From Bdellovibrionales bacterium (GTDB taxonomy: Bacteria; Bdellovibrionota; Bdellovibrionia; Bdellovibrionales; JAGQZY01): a stretch of DNA of 64,000 nt. The first letter of the stretch is position 1. The number at the start of each line of letters is the position of its first letter. Of the stretch, positions 49,714 through 59,082 are shown piece after piece. Made by a program: the position numbers and the translations under genes. The stretch spans positions 32,001 through 96,000 of the forward strand of contig CAXRHT010000002.1 of the NCBI GenBank assembly GCA_964230645.1, read 5' to 3'. The notes beneath the pieces were generated by a model. That model searched no databases, was not told the DNA's origin, and saw only the letters and a list, made by a program, of their open reading frames with translations.

Positions 49714-52681
49714 TGTTTTGTCTCTGCTATTTTTAAGTTTAACTGCCTTGGCTGAGCCAGGAGCTGTGGATGTCCTTGTCTCAAAGGACGGCCTTCCTGC
49801 CACGGGTTATGAGCTTCTCATTGATAATAAAAAGTATAAAACCGATGAGTTTGGTTATGTGGCCACAGCCCTTGAGCCAGGGTCCTATCAAATGAACATT
49901 AAGGATGGGGAAAGTTATCAGTCGGTTAATTTTAATGTGGTCGAGGACGAAAGAACTCAAGTTCTGGTTAATTTATTACAGGGTCAGGTTATTAGTGATC
50001 TCAATGAACCAGAAGTGAAGAAAAAAACAAAGGAAGTGAATCCAAAAGATTGGGGTGAGGTTAAAGTTCAAATCACCTCTGTCAATGGAGAGGCTGTATC
50101 CGGGGCTCGCATTTATGCTCGTGGAACTCAAGTGGAGGCAAAAACCAATCGTGCCGGCGTGGCTGTTTTTAAACTACCAAAAGGTGAGCAAGTCCTCTCA
50201 GTGACTCACCCTCGTTATTCCACCCAAATTGTTCGCAACGTGGGTGTGGTTAAAGATCAAGTCACTGAAAGAAAAGTCGAGGTCACTCCGTCGGGAATGG
50301 TGCTCGAGGATTTTGTGGTGCTTGCTCCAAACCTCAAAGGGTCCATTCAGGCTCTCATTGAAGTCAGAAGAAAAGCCTCGGATCTTTCTGATGTGATGAG
50401 TGCTGAGCAAATGGCCAAATCAGGGGATAGTGATGCAGCGGCCTCCTTGAAGCGAGTGACCGGTCTCACTCTTAAAGATGGAAAATATGTTTATGTGCGT
50501 GGATTAGGTGAAAGATATTCGTCCACTCTATTAAATGGTATTAATCTTCCAAGTCCTGATCCAAGCCGTCGGGTCGTGCCCCTTGATTTGTTTCCGGTAC
50601 AGTTTTTAGACAGCATGATCATTCAGAAAAGCTACTCTCCTAATCAACCAGGAGAATTCGGTGGAGGTGTGGTTCAGCTTAAGACCAAATCCATGCCTGA
50701 AAAACAGTTTTTCAAATTTAATATTTCTCAAACCCAAAACCTCAACCAAGGAAATTTACAAACCTATTCTGGGGGCAGTACGGATTGGCTCGGGGTGGAT
50801 GATGGCAGTCGTTCTCTTTCAGAGGCCGCTCGCGATAATCCCCAAGAGATCCTTAACAATAATAGACATCGCTTAAGTGATACTGAAAATAATAGTTTAC
50901 CGGACTTTGCCTTTAGTGGCGGAGACGTTTGGAAAAGTAAGAATTTGGATGTGGGCTTTGTACTCTCAGGACTTTATAAAAATAATGTCTCTTTTGTTTC
51001 AGAAGAGAGAAAGCGCTACAATCAATCTTCAGGGCCCTTAGTGGCCGAGCAGATCTACACCCGCGACAAGACCGAGTTTGAAACCACTGTCGGAGGTCTT
51101 GGGGGAGCCACATTTGAGGTTTTTGATGATCACCAGGTTAAAGTCGATCATATCAATCTTCGCAACACCACGGACTATGTCGCTATCCTGCAAGGGAACG
51201 CCGACGCTCAGAGTGAGAACGGACGCACCATTAGAGAACAGCAGACCGAGTGGGCAGCTAGAACTTTGCAGACGACAATTTTTTCTACAGAACATAAATT
51301 TAAAAGTCTGAGCAATTTAAAGCTCGACTCTTTTTATTCGTTGGCTGATGCCAGAAGAAGTGAGCCTTACCGTGTGAACGCCACATACTCCCCAAACCCA
51401 GAAGGAGAGTTTGCCTTTTCACCCAACACTGACAACAGCTACATTCGTCGCTATTACGACCTGCAAGAAGAGGCTACCCAAGTAGGAGCCTCTGCGGCTA
51501 TCGATTTCCCTTATTTTTATAGCCGCAAGGGGAATCTCGAAGTCGGCTTTTCTGAAATAACAAAAGATCGTGACTCAGGGATGAACCGCTACACAGTGAA
51601 TGATCCAGGTGACACATGTGGGGCCGATTTGACTCAAAATTTGGACTCTATTTTTAATGAATGTCGCAATGAACTCAACGTCAGTCGTATTACCAATGGC
51701 TCTGATACTTACTACGCCACTCAGAGTATCAGTGCCTATTATTTCAAAACCAATTGGCCACTTTTAAAAAATGTGGAACTCACCTCTGGGATGAGATTTG
51801 AAAGGTCCATTCAAAATGTGGACACTTTGGATCAGCAATCCGCTCAACCCATCGCTACAAAATTAACCACCGAGGATTGGCTGCCTGGTAATGCACTGAC
51901 TTGGCGCTTTCTTGATAAGAAAATGCAGGTGCGTTTAGCCTACAGTGAAACCATATCAAGACCCGATTTAAGGGAGCTTTCGGATACACGTTGGCAGGAT
52001 TTTGAAACGGGCTTTGAAATCAACGGGAACCCGAATCTAAAAGCCACCGTAATCAACTCTTATGATGCCCGGTGGGAATGGTACTATGGGCGCAACGAAA
52101 ACGTTTCCTTTGGACTGTTCTACAAAGAATTCGATAACCCCATTGAAATCAATTTCACAGCTGGGTCGGATTCGAGCATTCGTTATTTCAATGTGGATGG
52201 TGCGACAAGCTATGGAGCCGAGTTTGAAATATCCAAAAATTTAGGTTTCATAGGATCTTTTTTTAAACCCTTCACTTTTATCGCCAACTACACCCGCATT
52301 GTTTCCAATGTCGAATTAGGAGACTTAACCAATTCCGAGAGTTTAGAAACCAATCGCCCCATGCAAGGGCAGTCGGATTATACTGCCAATGCTCTTCTTG
52401 ATTATGAAAGCGAAGTTCTCGGAACCAACGCCAGTCTTGCCTATAATGTTTACGGGGAGAGAAGAGTTTATCCGGGACGAGAAGGATTACCCAATATTTG
52501 GGAATTACCATTTCATCAATTGAATTTTGTTCTTCGCCAAAAGATGGGTAAAAAATGGAGTCTGCAGTTTAAAGCCAAGAATCTGCTCGATCAAAGGGTG
52601 CAGTTTGTCCAAGGAGACCGAATTTGGCAGGCCTACCGACCTGGTATCAGTGTCAATCTTGGAGTGGGGATTAGTATATGA
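49700..52681 (+). CDS. TonB-dependent receptor with N-terminal carboxypeptidase-regulatory-like domains
   Basis: Plug SGDSDAA..LKRVTG...[18 protein letters not shown]; barrel SRPD.REL, GNPNL, NL.D; start estimated (GTG 49700). Confidence 0.93.
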   Translation: MKLFSVLSLLFLSLTALAEPGAVDVLVSKDGLPATGYELLIDNKKYKTDEFGYVATALEPGSYQMNIKDGESYQSVNFNVVEDERTQVLVNLLQGQVISDLNEPEVKKKTKEVNPKDWGEVKVQITSVNGEAVSGARIYARGTQVEAKTNRAGVAVFKLPKGEQVLSVTHPRYSTQIVRNVGVVKDQVTERKVEVTPSGMVLEDFVVLAPNLKGSIQALIEVRRKASDLSDVMSAEQMAKSGDSDAAASLKRVTGLTLKDGKYVYVRGLGERYSSTLLNGINLPSPDPSRRVVPLDLFPVQFLDSMIIQKSYSPNQPGEFGGGVVQLKTKSMPEKQFFKFNISQTQNLNQGNLQTYSGGSTDWLGVDDGSRSLSEAARDNPQEILNNNRHRLSDTENNSLPDFAFSGGDVWKSKNLDVGFVLSGLYKNNVSFVSEERKRYNQSSGPLVAEQIYTRDKTEFETTVGGLGGATFEVFDDHQVKVDHINLRNTTDYVAILQGNADAQSENGRTIREQQTEWAARTLQTTIFSTEHKFKSLSNLKLDSFYSLADARRSEPYRVNATYSPNPEGEFAFSPNTDNSYIRRYYDLQEEATQVGASAAIDFPYFYSRKGNLEVGFSEITKDRDSGMNRYTVNDPGDTCGADLTQNLDSIFNECRNELNVSRITNGSDTYYATQSISAYYFKTNWPLLKNVELTSGMRFERSIQNVDTLDQQSAQPIATKLTTEDWLPGNALTWRFLDKKMQVRLAYSETISRPDLRELSDTRWQDFETGFEINGNPNLKATVINSYDARWEWYYGRNENVSFGLFYKEFDNPIEINFTAGSDSSIRYFNVDGATSYGAEFEISKNLGFIGSFFKPFTFIANYTRIVSNVELGDLTNSESLETNRPMQGQSDYTANALLDYESEVLGTNASLAYNVYGERRVYPGREGLPNIWELPFHQLNFVLRQKMGKKWSLQFKAKNLLDQRVQFVQGDRIWQAYRPGISVNLGVGISI

Positions 52682-53436
52682 TCAAGTCAGTTCTTCTTAT
52701 TCTTGTGGTTTTTATTCTTGGAGCCTGTGGTTCTCATAAGCAGATTATTGAAAGAGTTACGCCCTTTACGAAAACAACTGAGAGTGGTGAGACTAATCCC
52801 ACCCTGAAATTAATCAATGCTGTGAACAGTGGTAATTTGGATGAAGTGAAAGCGGCTATTGAAGAGGGCGCTGATATAACCACCATGACAGAAGAGGGGC
52901 TTACTCTACTGATCGTGGGAATTCGCGCTGAGCAGTACGCGATCGTTGATTATTTGATCGCTCAAGGGGCTGACCCCACCCAAACCACGACGTCTGAGGA
53001 GTTTGCAAACCCCATCAATGCTTTTGAATTTGTGCAAGCTCAACCCTTTGATCAAGAGATTAAAGATATATTTACCGGCATTCTGAATAAAGAAGAGTTT
53101 GATGGTGCTGTCCTTAATGAAAAGATGTTTAACGCCATCTTATTTAAAAACAAATTTTTAGTGAGTTGGTTGCTGGAAAAAGGAGCTGACCCTAACTATG
53201 TACAAGATCGCAAACACACTCCTTTGATCTTTTTATTCAAACAAAGGGGGATTGAGGGGCAAGAGCTCGACAGGCTTGAAGAGGTTTTCGATGTTCTCGT
53301 CAGTCATCCAGAAATAGATGTGAATAAAAAAGTCCGTCGAGACACCCCACTCAGTAAAGCCGAGCAACGACTAAGGTCGAACCCCGAATACCAAGGCATG
53401 GTCAATCGCCTTATTGAAATGGGTGCGAGCGCTTAA
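52678..53436 (+). CDS. Ankyrin-repeat lipoprotein
   Basis: Lipobox LGAC; G.T.L, YLI..GAD, LLEKGADPN, TPL; ATGA overlap with the receptor gene. Confidence 0.85.
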   Translation: MIKSVLLILVVFILGACGSHKQIIERVTPFTKTTESGETNPTLKLINAVNSGNLDEVKAAIEEGADITTMTEEGLTLLIVGIRAEQYAIVDYLIAQGADPTQTTTSEEFANPINAFEFVQAQPFDQEIKDIFTGILNKEEFDGAVLNEKMFNAILFKNKFLVSWLLEKGADPNYVQDRKHTPLIFLFKQRGIEGQELDRLEEVFDVLVSHPEIDVNKKVRRDTPLSKAEQRLRSNPEYQGMVNRLIEMGASA

Positions 53437-53517
53437 GTACCCGTTTTAATTGCATTGAGTGCTTTGAAAAGGATTTTTTTTCATCTACAATAAATTAACT
53501 GTTCAACGAGGTGACCG

Positions 53518-53772
53518 ATGAAAAATATCATTTTAGTTCTTTCATTTTTACTGTTTGGCGCTTGCCAGACTGCTGAAAAAAGCCATGACCATAAGAAGCA
53601 TGAGCATCACGGACATGCCCACAAACATCACAAAACCCACACCCATAAGCATGCGAAAAAATGTGGGCACAAAGCAAAAAAACACGACGATCACACCGAC
53701 TACAAACACGGGGAGCACAAGCATCACCAGCTTGAGGGGCATACCCATGAGTGCGAAGGTGAAGAAGGATAA
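53518..53772 (+). CDS. Small His-rich lipoprotein, putative Zn/metal binding
   Basis: GAGG SD; lipobox FGAC; CGH.A..H.DH.DY.H..H.H...GH..E motif. Confidence 0.85.
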   Translation: MKNIILVLSFLLFGACQTAEKSHDHKKHEHHGHAHKHHKTHTHKHAKKCGHKAKKHDDHTDYKHGEHKHHQLEGHTHECEGEEG

Positions 53773-53777
53773 TTCAA

Positions 53778-54122
53778 TTATTCCTGACAGCTGATGGACG
53801 CTTGTTCATCCGTGTTCTTCGGGTTGTAAACCAAAAGAGTTCTGGGCTGATTGACCGGTGTTTTTAGAACAGTGAGAGTTTCAGCGACAACCTCACCCTT
53901 TTTAGTCCACCTGATTCCCAACCACTGACCATCGGCCATGGCAGTGACAATATTTGAATCCCCTTTGAGTTCATACTCTGGAGCGCCGTGGCCTGCGGCC
54001 TCCATGGGGGCCTCGATATTCATTTCTAAAAACTCATCCTCGGTAACCAGAAGAATTTCACAATCAAGAGCCTGGACTCCAAGAGTCGTAAATAAGGTAA
54101 GAAGTGTTAATAGATGTCTCAT
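53778..54122 (-). CDS. Small secreted hypothetical protein
   Basis: AAAGGA SD; signal peptide VQA-LDC; Cys near both ends. Confidence 0.75.
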   Translation of the reverse strand: MRHLLTLLTLFTTLGVQALDCEILLVTEDEFLEMNIEAPMEAAGHGAPEYELKGDSNIVTAMADGQWLGIRWTKKGEVVAETLTVLKTPVNQPRTLLVYNPKNTDEQASISCQE

Positions 54123-54232
54123 AAAATCCTTTCTCAATTTCAGGAGAGTCTAAAGCATTGTGAACACAAAGAAAGGGACTTCTCTTTCCTAGAGAGAATT
54201 TTCGAAGCCAAAGTTGATAGATTTTACAAGTT

Positions 54233-54787
54233 TTATGGTGTGGCTGGTTGCTGGTCCGCTTGGATGGAAGGGGTTGGAAGGTAATCTAAGGGATTAATGG
54301 CGAAGTTGTTTTTATGCAGTTCAAAATGAAGATGGACACCCGTCGCTCTTCCTGATTTGCCCATCAGCCCAACCAGATCCCCTTTTTTGACAATATCTCC
54401 ACGCTCGACTTTGTAGTGACTCAAGTGGGCGTAATAGCTCCTGTAGCGTCGATCGAGATGTTCGACGATCACCAGGCGCCCATACCCAGTAAAACCGTGA
54501 CCCGCGTACACCACTCGGCCGTGGTCAATGGCCACAATGGGGGTGTCGACTCGTGCGGCGAGATCGATTCCCTCATGCACCCTGCGGTAGGGGGCTCTTT
54601 TTTGAGGACGAAATTTTTGGGTCATTACAGCCCCATAGACGGGCCACTGAAATTCTGGGTCCCGAACTCCAGGGGTGTCGCCATAATCCACGGAAATCTG
54701 TGGGCCTGAGGCACAAGCACTAAGGACTCCTGAAAGAAGTAATAGCTGGACGAACTTAAGCATAGAGAAAGTTTTAACACTAGACAT
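54233..54787 (-). CDS. M23 family metallopeptidase lipoprotein
   Basis: Lipobox LSAC; WPV, HEGID, GYG..V.V.H, YAHL, G.SG.ATGVHLHFE. Confidence 0.93.
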   Translation of the reverse strand: MSSVKTFSMLKFVQLLLLSGVLSACASGPQISVDYGDTPGVRDPEFQWPVYGAVMTQKFRPQKRAPYRRVHEGIDLAARVDTPIVAIDHGRVVYAGHGFTGYGRLVIVEHLDRRYRSYYAHLSHYKVERGDIVKKGDLVGLMGKSGRATGVHLHFELHKNNFAINPLDYLPTPSIQADQQPATP

Positions 54788-54884
54788 AAGTGGGAAGCTA
54801 TTTCAGAATTCAACGCCAGGCAGCATGAAAGGGGGGAGTTGGTAAAATCTCTACGGATTTTTCTTTTTTACTGGGGTGAGATGG

Positions 54885-54911
54885 AAAAAAGGAGCCCTTG
54901 GGGCTCCCTTT
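54885..54911 (-). terminator. Intrinsic terminator of the CBS gene
   Basis: Minus strand GGAGCCC-CAA-GGGCTCC-TTTTTT. Confidence 0.85.
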
Positions 54912-54922
54912 AGCCTTAATTA

Positions 54923-55348
54923 TTAAGCACTCGTGCTTAATCGTTCGAGAGTTTGCTCAAGAGGGGAGTGATTGGCCATTTTCATGGCTAGATCCTTAAG
55001 GCTCACGATTCCAACCAGTTTTTTGTTCGAATCCATAACAGCCAGTCTGCGGCAGCGAATCTCGCCCATATTCTTCATAATGGTTTCGAGCTCATCGTCC
55101 TCAAAGCAGTACTTCATACCCTCAGTTGTACAGTTGCTCACTGAGGTGTTTGCAGGATTGAGAGATGAGGCCGATTCAGCCACCCAAAGAGCGATATCGC
55201 GGTCAGTGACCATACCCATAAGCTTATCGTCTTTTTCAACGGGAAGACATCCGATGTCCTGTTCTTTCATTATCTGAGCGGCTTTCTGAATACTATCTTC
55301 GTAGTTAATCACTTTTACATTTTTAGTCATAACTTCTTTGATTTTCAT
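54923..55348 (-). CDS. CBS-pair protein
   Basis: VMT, IG.LPV, G.VTDRDI, RRL.V....LVGIVS..D; AAGGAGG SD. Confidence 0.93.
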   Translation of the reverse strand: MKIKEVMTKNVKVINYEDSIQKAAQIMKEQDIGCLPVEKDDKLMGMVTDRDIALWVAESASSLNPANTSVSNCTTEGMKYCFEDDELETIMKNMGEIRCRRLAVMDSNKKLVGIVSLKDLAMKMANHSPLEQTLERLSTSA

Positions 55349-55607
55349 AAGAGCCTCCTTGTTGGCTTTTGTTCATGAAGGACGGTCTCATAGGATTTTT
55401 GCAACATCCAATGAAGAAATTTTCACAAGCAAAGATCATTTGCTTCAAACCACTTGAACCCCAGACTAGACCGGCTTTCCATGGTGATACAGAGAGTAAG
55501 AGATTTAGAAATTTTAAGATATTTCACATTTTCAACAATGGATTTAGAACCAATTCCCCCTATGCAAGGCTAGTATTGGAATTATCAATTCAAGCAAAGG
55601 AGACTCG

Positions 55608-55733
55608 ATGAACCAATCCAGTGATAAATCCCTGAAAACCCTCAAAGGGGGCTTAGTCAGTTTAGCCGTAATGGCCGGAGGAGTTTTACTTTTACTGATC
55701 CTTCTCTTCTTGTTTGGGGCCTTTGCCGCCTAA
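55608..55733 (+). CDS. 41-aa single-TM small protein
   Basis: AAGGAG SD; MNQSSDKSLKTLKGGLVSLAVMAGGVLLLLILLFLFGAFAA; not in the ORF track. Confidence 0.7.
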   Translation: MNQSSDKSLKTLKGGLVSLAVMAGGVLLLLILLFLFGAFAA

Positions 55734-55801
55734 ACAGGAATTTTAAGCCCACCAACCTTTAGACAGAATAAAAAAAACAGAAAACTTTTAGGAGAAATCA
55801 A

Positions 55802-56962
55802 ATGAACACAGCGATCACTGAGATCACATCTAAAACTAAGGGCAAAGAGCCTGTCATTAGCATCTTTCACGAATGGAAGTCTGTCGACCACTCTTTGACC
55901 GAATTACAAACACTACTAAGAAAAGCTTCCCACGAAATGGGGAAAGACAATATTGAACATTCGGCTTTAAAAAGTATTAGTTTGGAAAATCAAAAAGTCG
56001 ATGGCCATAAGTTGGGCCTTGATCATTCGGTCCACCTAGCTGATCAGCATGTTGTCTTCTATTCTCAGGGTGATCACTTCTTCCCCGTCAATACAGGAAC
56101 ACGAACCAAATCGGGCTTCACCTATGGTGATCAGGCTATGGTGCTTCCTCTTCTTTTGACTCAAGCCAATCCCGTGAATGTCTTAGTGATTAACGATGAG
56201 AGATGCCAGTATTACCAGGCCACTCCTGATAGTCATCTCACAGAGATTGAAGTCGGTGGCGTGCCGAAGTCCCTTCTCGATTTTATTCAAACGGAAAAAG
56301 TCTCTGATAAGAGACCTGAAGAGTTGGGTTCCAAAAAATTGACATTAGCGCATATGGAAATGTCGGAGGGAGCTCTAAACGACTCCCGTAAAAAAATGGT
56401 GAAAAAGGCCCTTCATTGCGCCAAGGGCCTAGAGGCCCCCATTATAGTTTTTGCCAGTAATCGCTATAAACATTTCGTCGAAGATATGAAGAAAAGTGAA
56501 GGCTCCATTTTGGCAATTAAAGATTTCGTACCAAATCAAAACTCTAGAGGTGAGCGCTTTAAAGCCATGGAAAAAGAGTTGCAGGAAATTTATAAGAAAC
56601 TCGATGACGGTCAACTCTCTAAAAGCAACAAAGAGGTTCGTTCAGTCAATAATTACTCGGAAGTGATTAGCCTTGCTATGGCGGGGCGTTTGAAAGCTCT
56701 TTATCTTTCAAAACCATTTTTAGAATATCACTTAGGGTCTTTTGAGGATAAGGCGAATCTCGAAAAGCTTAATTCTTTTATCATTGAAATCAGTGAGCGA
56801 GTGCCTCTTTCAGTGATCGACTCTGAGAAATCTTTATTTTTTATCGAATCCTACAAAGAGGACTCCCAGTGGGCTAAGATGGAACGTTCTGATAAAACGA
56901 TAAAGTATGAGGCGGCCTGCGAAGCTCTATGGAAAGAGTTTGTACAATCTTTTCAGCACTAA
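55802..56962 (+). CDS. Hypothetical protein, possibly a divergent baeRF (bacterial archaeo-eukaryotic release factor) family member
   Basis: V.PLL....VLVI.....YY.A....L.EI....VP.SL pattern and A..GR...L near the C-terminus resemble baeRF3/7; AGGAG SD. Confidence 0.55.
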   Translation: MNTAITEITSKTKGKEPVISIFHEWKSVDHSLTELQTLLRKASHEMGKDNIEHSALKSISLENQKVDGHKLGLDHSVHLADQHVVFYSQGDHFFPVNTGTRTKSGFTYGDQAMVLPLLLTQANPVNVLVINDERCQYYQATPDSHLTEIEVGGVPKSLLDFIQTEKVSDKRPEELGSKKLTLAHMEMSEGALNDSRKKMVKKALHCAKGLEAPIIVFASNRYKHFVEDMKKSEGSILAIKDFVPNQNSRGERFKAMEKELQEIYKKLDDGQLSKSNKEVRSVNNYSEVISLAMAGRLKALYLSKPFLEYHLGSFEDKANLEKLNSFIIEISERVPLSVIDSEKSLFFIESYKEDSQWAKMERSDKTIKYEAACEALWKEFVQSFQH

Positions 56963-56992
56963 ATTGATAAAAAATGTTTGCATATAAAATGG

Positions 56993-57018
56993 AAGGGGTG
57001 CGATCACCCCTTTTTTTT
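56993..57018. terminator. Intrinsic terminator between convergent genes
   Basis: AAGGGGTG-CGAT-CACCCC-TTTTTTTT. Confidence 0.85.
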
Positions 57019-58006
57019 ATTCGGATTGAAAAGACTTGAGCCTAAAAATCAGTTCCCAGTAAGGGACAATTTCGGCCACGTATTCCACATCAAATTCAAT
57101 ATAGTCAGCCTCACCGTCAGAGGAGTGGTCTCCTAAAAGTCCGGTTTGGGCGAGGCGCTTAACATCGTCGACTTCAATTTTTGAACCCATTTCTTGAAAG
57201 GATTTTTGACTGAGTTCAGTGATGTTGAGCTTTACGAAGCCTTTGCCATTTTTCTCTGCTTTTTCACCGTAATATTTTGCTACTTTAAGGGGATCAAGCT
57301 GTGCTTCGGTGATATTATTTTTCTTAGCCTGCTCAGAGAAGAGTTGGTTGTTGTAGAATTCTACGAAGCGAAAAATAAAATCAAGATCTTTCACCACCAT
57401 TCTCGTTTTTCCCTCTCCTAGGTTTTCAATTTCCATATAGTTGAACTCAGAAAGTACTTCACAGAGTTTGTTCATTTTATGGGTGGCTTGTCTAAACACT
57501 TGAATGGTGTACTTTCTTAGAAGGCCCGCTGGCACTTGAATCCCTTGGTCCACATTTTCGCCGTAACGATTGGTCACAAAGCCTAAAATGGACATCAACT
57601 GAGTGATGGCGTGTGAGGGGAAGACCTCCATCTCTTCTTCTTTAGTTCTTTCGAGTTGTCTGATTTTAATATTGGCTGTGCGAAGATGGCCATTGATGGC
57701 TTTAACGATTGATTTTACCCAAACTGGAAGGTTGGCCCACTGGGCGTCTAGAGCGGAAAAAGGGAGTTCGATCACTTCCGTGCCATCGGCGATCGCCATC
57801 GCACCGGCACTACGGGGAGATTTTTCGAAGAAGGCCATTTCTCCGAGCAGGTCTCCTGGTTTAAGTTCGGCTAAAGTAATTTTGGTGTTACCTTTTTTCT
57901 TGGTGATCGCCAGACGTCCTTTTTTAATAACGTACATGGAGTCAGGTTTGTCACCCTCTTGAAACAACTCTTCATTCTTTTTCAACTTAACAATTTTATT
58001 CGACAT
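57017..58006 (-). CDS. Cyclic-nucleotide-binding (Crp/Fnr-like) domain protein
   Basis: LFQEGD..DSMYVI..G, GEMAFF...PRSA.A.A. Confidence 0.88.
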   Translation of the reverse strand: MSNKIVKLKKNEELFQEGDKPDSMYVIKKGRLAITKKKGNTKITLAELKPGDLLGEMAFFEKSPRSAGAMAIADGTEVIELPFSALDAQWANLPVWVKSIVKAINGHLRTANIKIRQLERTKEEEMEVFPSHAITQLMSILGFVTNRYGENVDQGIQVPAGLLRKYTIQVFRQATHKMNKLCEVLSEFNYMEIENLGEGKTRMVVKDLDFIFRFVEFYNNQLFSEQAKKNNITEAQLDPLKVAKYYGEKAEKNGKGFVKLNITELSQKSFQEMGSKIEVDDVKRLAQTGLLGDHSSDGEADYIEFDVEYVAEIVPYWELIFRLKSFQSE

Positions 58007-58195
58007 ACAACAGCTCGCCCCTAAGTGATTTATTTTATTATATGAATCCTGGGTTCGGATGTCTTTGAAAGTCTCTCATTTAAGACTGATGTCGAGCTGA
58101 TCGTGTTATTTTGATACCTTCTGTCTTTAACAGGTAAAGGCTTTTTGTTGAATCTCTATAAGAGACGCTATTGATCTTTCCGGTCAGTTGTAGAG

Positions 58196-58414
58196 TGTCC
58201 TCCTGAGCACAGATTGCCACTGTCATCCTGAGCGGAGCGAAGGATCTGGAACGTTAACGCCTGTTTGTCTCAATGCATGTCGTCTTGAGCGAAGCGAAAG
58301 ACCTAAGATCCTTCGCTCCGCTCAGGATGACAGTGGAAAGCGTGCGCTCAGGATGACAGTGGGAAGCGTGCGCTCACGATGATAGTGGAAAGCGTGGGCT
58401 CGGGATGACATCGG
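58196..58414. repeat. REP-like cluster 4: perfect 31-bp inverted repeat enclosing a third arm, with 26-bp tandem tail
   Basis: CCACTGTCATCCTGAGCGGAGCGAAGGATCT 58217-58247 and its exact complement 58306-58336; inner arm 58278-58304; units at 58337, 58363, 58389. Confidence 0.95.
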
Positions 58415-58425
58415 AAAAATAAAGA

Positions 58426-59082
58426 TTAAATATCCATAACCTTAGGTTCTTTAGAAACATCAACGGGAGCTCCGGTGGCTTCAATGACTTCTTTGACCTC
58501 TAAACCAGGTGCTATTTCTTTTAAAACGAACCCTTTCTCATTGAACCCGAAGGCACCAAAGTCTGTGACCACAAGATCAATGCACTGGGTTCCCGTTAAT
58601 GGGAGCGTGCACTCTTTTAAAAGTTTGGGGTTTCCCGCGCGATCCACGTGTTGCATGGCCACGACCACTCTTTTGGCTCCGGCCACTAAATCCATGGCTC
58701 CGCCCATGCCTTTGACCATTTTGCCCGGGATCATCCAGTTGGCAATGCTGCGGTTTTGATCCACTTGCATGGCACCTAAGACGGTGAGATCCACATGTCC
58801 GCCTCGAATCATGGCAAAACTTTCGGCGGAAGAGAAGAAAGAAGATCCGGGTCTTGCGGTTACGGTTTGTTTACCGGCGTTAATAAGGTCGGCGTCCACT
58901 TCCTCTTCGGTGGGAAAACGGCCAAGACCGAGAAGGCCATTTTCGCTTTGTAACATAACATCTTTGTCGTCAGGGATGTAATTGGCCACAAGGGTGGGGA
59001 TACCGATTCCTAAATTCACCACAAAGCCGTCCTCAACTTCTCTCGAAATTCTTTGGGCGAGTTGCTCTCTTGATAGCGCCAT
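58426..59082 (-). CDS. scoB: 3-oxoacid CoA-transferase subunit B
   Basis: VNLGIGIP, QSENG, FAMIRGGH, GMGGAMDL. Confidence 0.93.
   Translation of the reverse strand: MALSREQLAQRISREVEDGFVVNLGIGIPTLVANYIPDDKDVMLQSENGLLGLGRFPTEEEVDADLINAGKQTVTARPGSSFFSSAESFAMIRGGHVDLTVLGAMQVDQNRSIANWMIPGKMVKGMGGAMDLVAGAKRVVVAMQHVDRAGNPKLLKECTLPLTGTQCIDLVVTDFGAFGFNEKGFVLKEIAPGLEVKEVIEATGAPVDVSKEPKVMDI

Noticed and set aside
55369..55611. 80-aa ORF between the CBS gene and the small TM ORF
   Set aside because: No SD or motif; occupies the divergent promoter region
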